Assembly (NCBI GenBank): GCA_963793305.1
Contig: CAWBZV010000005.1
Coordinates: 1,472,001-1,536,000 of the forward strand
From: an uncultured Gemmatimonadales bacterium
Lineage (GTDB): Bacteria > Gemmatimonadota > Gemmatimonadetes > Gemmatimonadales > Gemmatimonadaceae
Direction: 5' to 3'
Length of the DNA: 64,000 bases
Shown: positions 62,365 through 64,000 of the stretch, piece by piece
Position numbering within the stretch: the stretch's first letter is position 1
Layout: each line of letters opens with the position of its first letter
Program-made: the position numbers and the translations under genes
The notes under the pieces: generated by a model
Databases searched by the model: none
The model's input: the letters and a program-made list of their open reading frames with translations, nothing else
What the model was told of the DNA's origin: nothing

Positions 62365-63429
62365 ATGGTTCGATACTCGCTGTTCGCGATCGTCCTCGTC
62401 GTTGGCTGCCGGTCCCACAGCGACGCCGCGGCCTCCGCCGACACCACTGGCACCGTGGCGACGACCGCCGCGCCGGCGATCCCTCCGGACGACATCTGGC
62501 ACAAGGATCCGTGCCGCTACGTCAGTCAGGCCGAGGCGGAGACGTACATCGGGCCGCTGCTCCACACGCCGTACCGGGCCGCCACGGATCACATCAGCGC
62601 GGACAGCAACGGCCATGTTTGCCTCTATCGGGCGAAGGACGGCCACAGCATCGAAGTGAGCGCCGACTGGATGGATGGCAAGACCACGATGAAGCAGTAC
62701 ACGCAGGGGTTCCTGTCCAAGTTCTTCGTCGACGACAAGGGAAAGACCGACACGTTGAGCGACGCCTGGGATCAGGCCGCGATCCGCGACGGTACCCTGT
62801 TCGCGCTCAAGGGCGATACGCTGCTCCACATCGACTATGCCGCGTCGACCGCTGGCCTCATGGGCGCCGCCAAGCTCGCCGAGGACGCGATCGGACGAAT
62901 GGGCAAGCCGCTGGCGTACAATGGCGTCGCCGACGCGCGCGGCGTGCCAGGACCGCTCGTTGCGCCGCGCGATCCGTGTAGCGTGCTGACCCGCGCCCAG
63001 GTCGAACAGGTCATGGGACCGCTCACCGCCGCCCCGCGCTCGGATGCCGGGAGCTGCACGTTCCCGTCGACGAGCGGGGATCTCGTGCTGCAGGTGGCCT
63101 GGATCAACGGCTTCCGGGCGCTGTTCAGCGCGCGCGCCGCGGCCACCAACGCGGCTGCGATGAACAACCAGCAGTTCGGCCTCAACATGGACAAGGCGTT
63201 CGCCGCCATGAACCAGTCCAAGCAACTGCGCAAGATAGTCGGGAAGGATGCGACGCTTCCCACGGGACGGGACGCGACGATCCCCGGTCCGTGGGCCGAC
63301 TCGCGCTTGGGCGGCGTGGAGCAAACCACGGAGGTCGTGAAGAAGGACGTCTACATGGAGTTGCCGTTGATTCGGAAACCCGGTGCGGCCGTCGCGCTGC
63401 TCACGGCCGCCATGAACACCATCCAGTAG
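62365..63429 (+). CDS. Lipoprotein with two DUF3558-like DPC domains
   Basis: VVGC lipobox; DPCRYVSQAEAETYIGPL and DPCSVLTRAQVEQVMGPL. Confidence 0.7.
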   Translation: MVRYSLFAIVLVVGCRSHSDAAASADTTGTVATTAAPAIPPDDIWHKDPCRYVSQAEAETYIGPLLHTPYRAATDHISADSNGHVCLYRAKDGHSIEVSADWMDGKTTMKQYTQGFLSKFFVDDKGKTDTLSDAWDQAAIRDGTLFALKGDTLLHIDYAASTAGLMGAAKLAEDAIGRMGKPLAYNGVADARGVPGPLVAPRDPCSVLTRAQVEQVMGPLTAAPRSDAGSCTFPSTSGDLVLQVAWINGFRALFSARAAATNAAAMNNQQFGLNMDKAFAAMNQSKQLRKIVGKDATLPTGRDATIPGPWADSRLGGVEQTTEVVKKDVYMELPLIRKPGAAVALLTAAMNTIQ

Positions 63430-63445
63430 CCCCAGGAGACCGACG

Positions 63446-64000
63446 ATGATGCACCACCTGCGCTTGGCGGCGTTCGCCACGCCCGCTCTCGTTGCGCTGG
63501 CCGTATCCCACCTGCAGAGCGGGAAGGGCCTGACGATGACGGTCACGGTGACGTCAACGTCGACCGACGATCCCAAGCCGTCCGTGTTCATGTCGAGCAA
63601 GATGCAGATGAGTAGCAGCGGCCTGGCGCGATCCGATGTCCTGCCCACCGGCGCGGCATCGCCGCCCAAGGACCCGACCGGTGACAAGCCGCCGCTCATG
63701 GTTCCCGGCACGTTTTCGCTGGGCAAGAAAGGCAACGACACCACCTTCCTGTTCGATCCCAACCGCAAGAAGTACTGGGTGATCCTCCGACCCAAAGGGG
63801 TCACACACGGGATGACGTACACGTCGTTCGACGTCTCCGCCCAACGCGTGCAGCCGGACAGCACCATCGAAGGGATACCGGTGCAACATTGGCGGGTCAC
63901 GGACAGCTCAACGTCGAAGTACGTCAACTCCAAGAGCACGTACGATGTATACACCGCGCCGGCATTCGACGTCGGGCTGGCCAAGCAGTTCAACCCGGGC
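63446..64000 (+). CDS. Secreted hypothetical protein (DUF4412-like), 3' end outside window
   Basis: AGGAG RBS; open frame MMHHLRLAAFATPALVALAV...FDPNRKKYW...TIEGIPVQHWRV to the window end; absent from the ORF track. Confidence 0.7.
   Translation, partial: MMHHLRLAAFATPALVALAVSHLQSGKGLTMTVTVTSTSTDDPKPSVFMSSKMQMSSSGLARSDVLPTGAASPPKDPTGDKPPLMVPGTFSLGKKGNDTTFLFDPNRKKYWVILRPKGVTHGMTYTSFDVSAQRVQPDSTIEGIPVQHWRVTDSSTSKYVNSKSTYDVYTAPAFDVGLAKQFNPG

Noticed and set aside
15763..63993. Long antisense or alternate-frame ORFs (e.g. 15763-17013, 23223-25148, 44216-46093, 49526-51997, 55750-57927, 62257-63993)
   Set aside because: Expected stop-poor shadows in high-GC DNA; low-complexity or R/V/D-biased and overlapping well-supported genes

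Overview
A GC-rich bacterial window. Gene content (ADOP permeases with PadR, barrel-less plug proteins, kinase-TolB-TPR, many LxAC lipoproteins) suggests Gemmatimonadota; this is inference. Positions 1-12 kb are an accessory island with two divergent RHS/YD polymorphic-toxin genes: one running off the left edge with an unrecognised Cys/Gly-rich tip, and one 5'-truncated module with a TreTu-like ADP-ribosyltransferase tip plus a coupled candidate immunity gene. A MobC-like relic and a decaying antitoxin region lie in the same island. The rest mixes core genes (recQ, acyl-CoA dehydrogenase, RNase E/G, rplU-rpmA) with envelope, hydrolase and regulatory genes. About 20 small frameshifts, including in housekeeping genes, point to assembly error, so split ORFs are reported as single genes. 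Main findings: dense D-[S/T]-hydrophobic sequons and paired Cys in the RHS shells; an in-frame ADOP permease-Ntn acylase fusion with an internal signal-peptide-like linker; pervasive leaderless and bidirectional -10 promoter geometry; a 47-bp triplication separating two formerly overlapping genes; a six-box operator array before a Fic gene; and twin 52-bp gene-tail relics differing only synonymously. I saw no rRNA, tRNA or CRISPR array.
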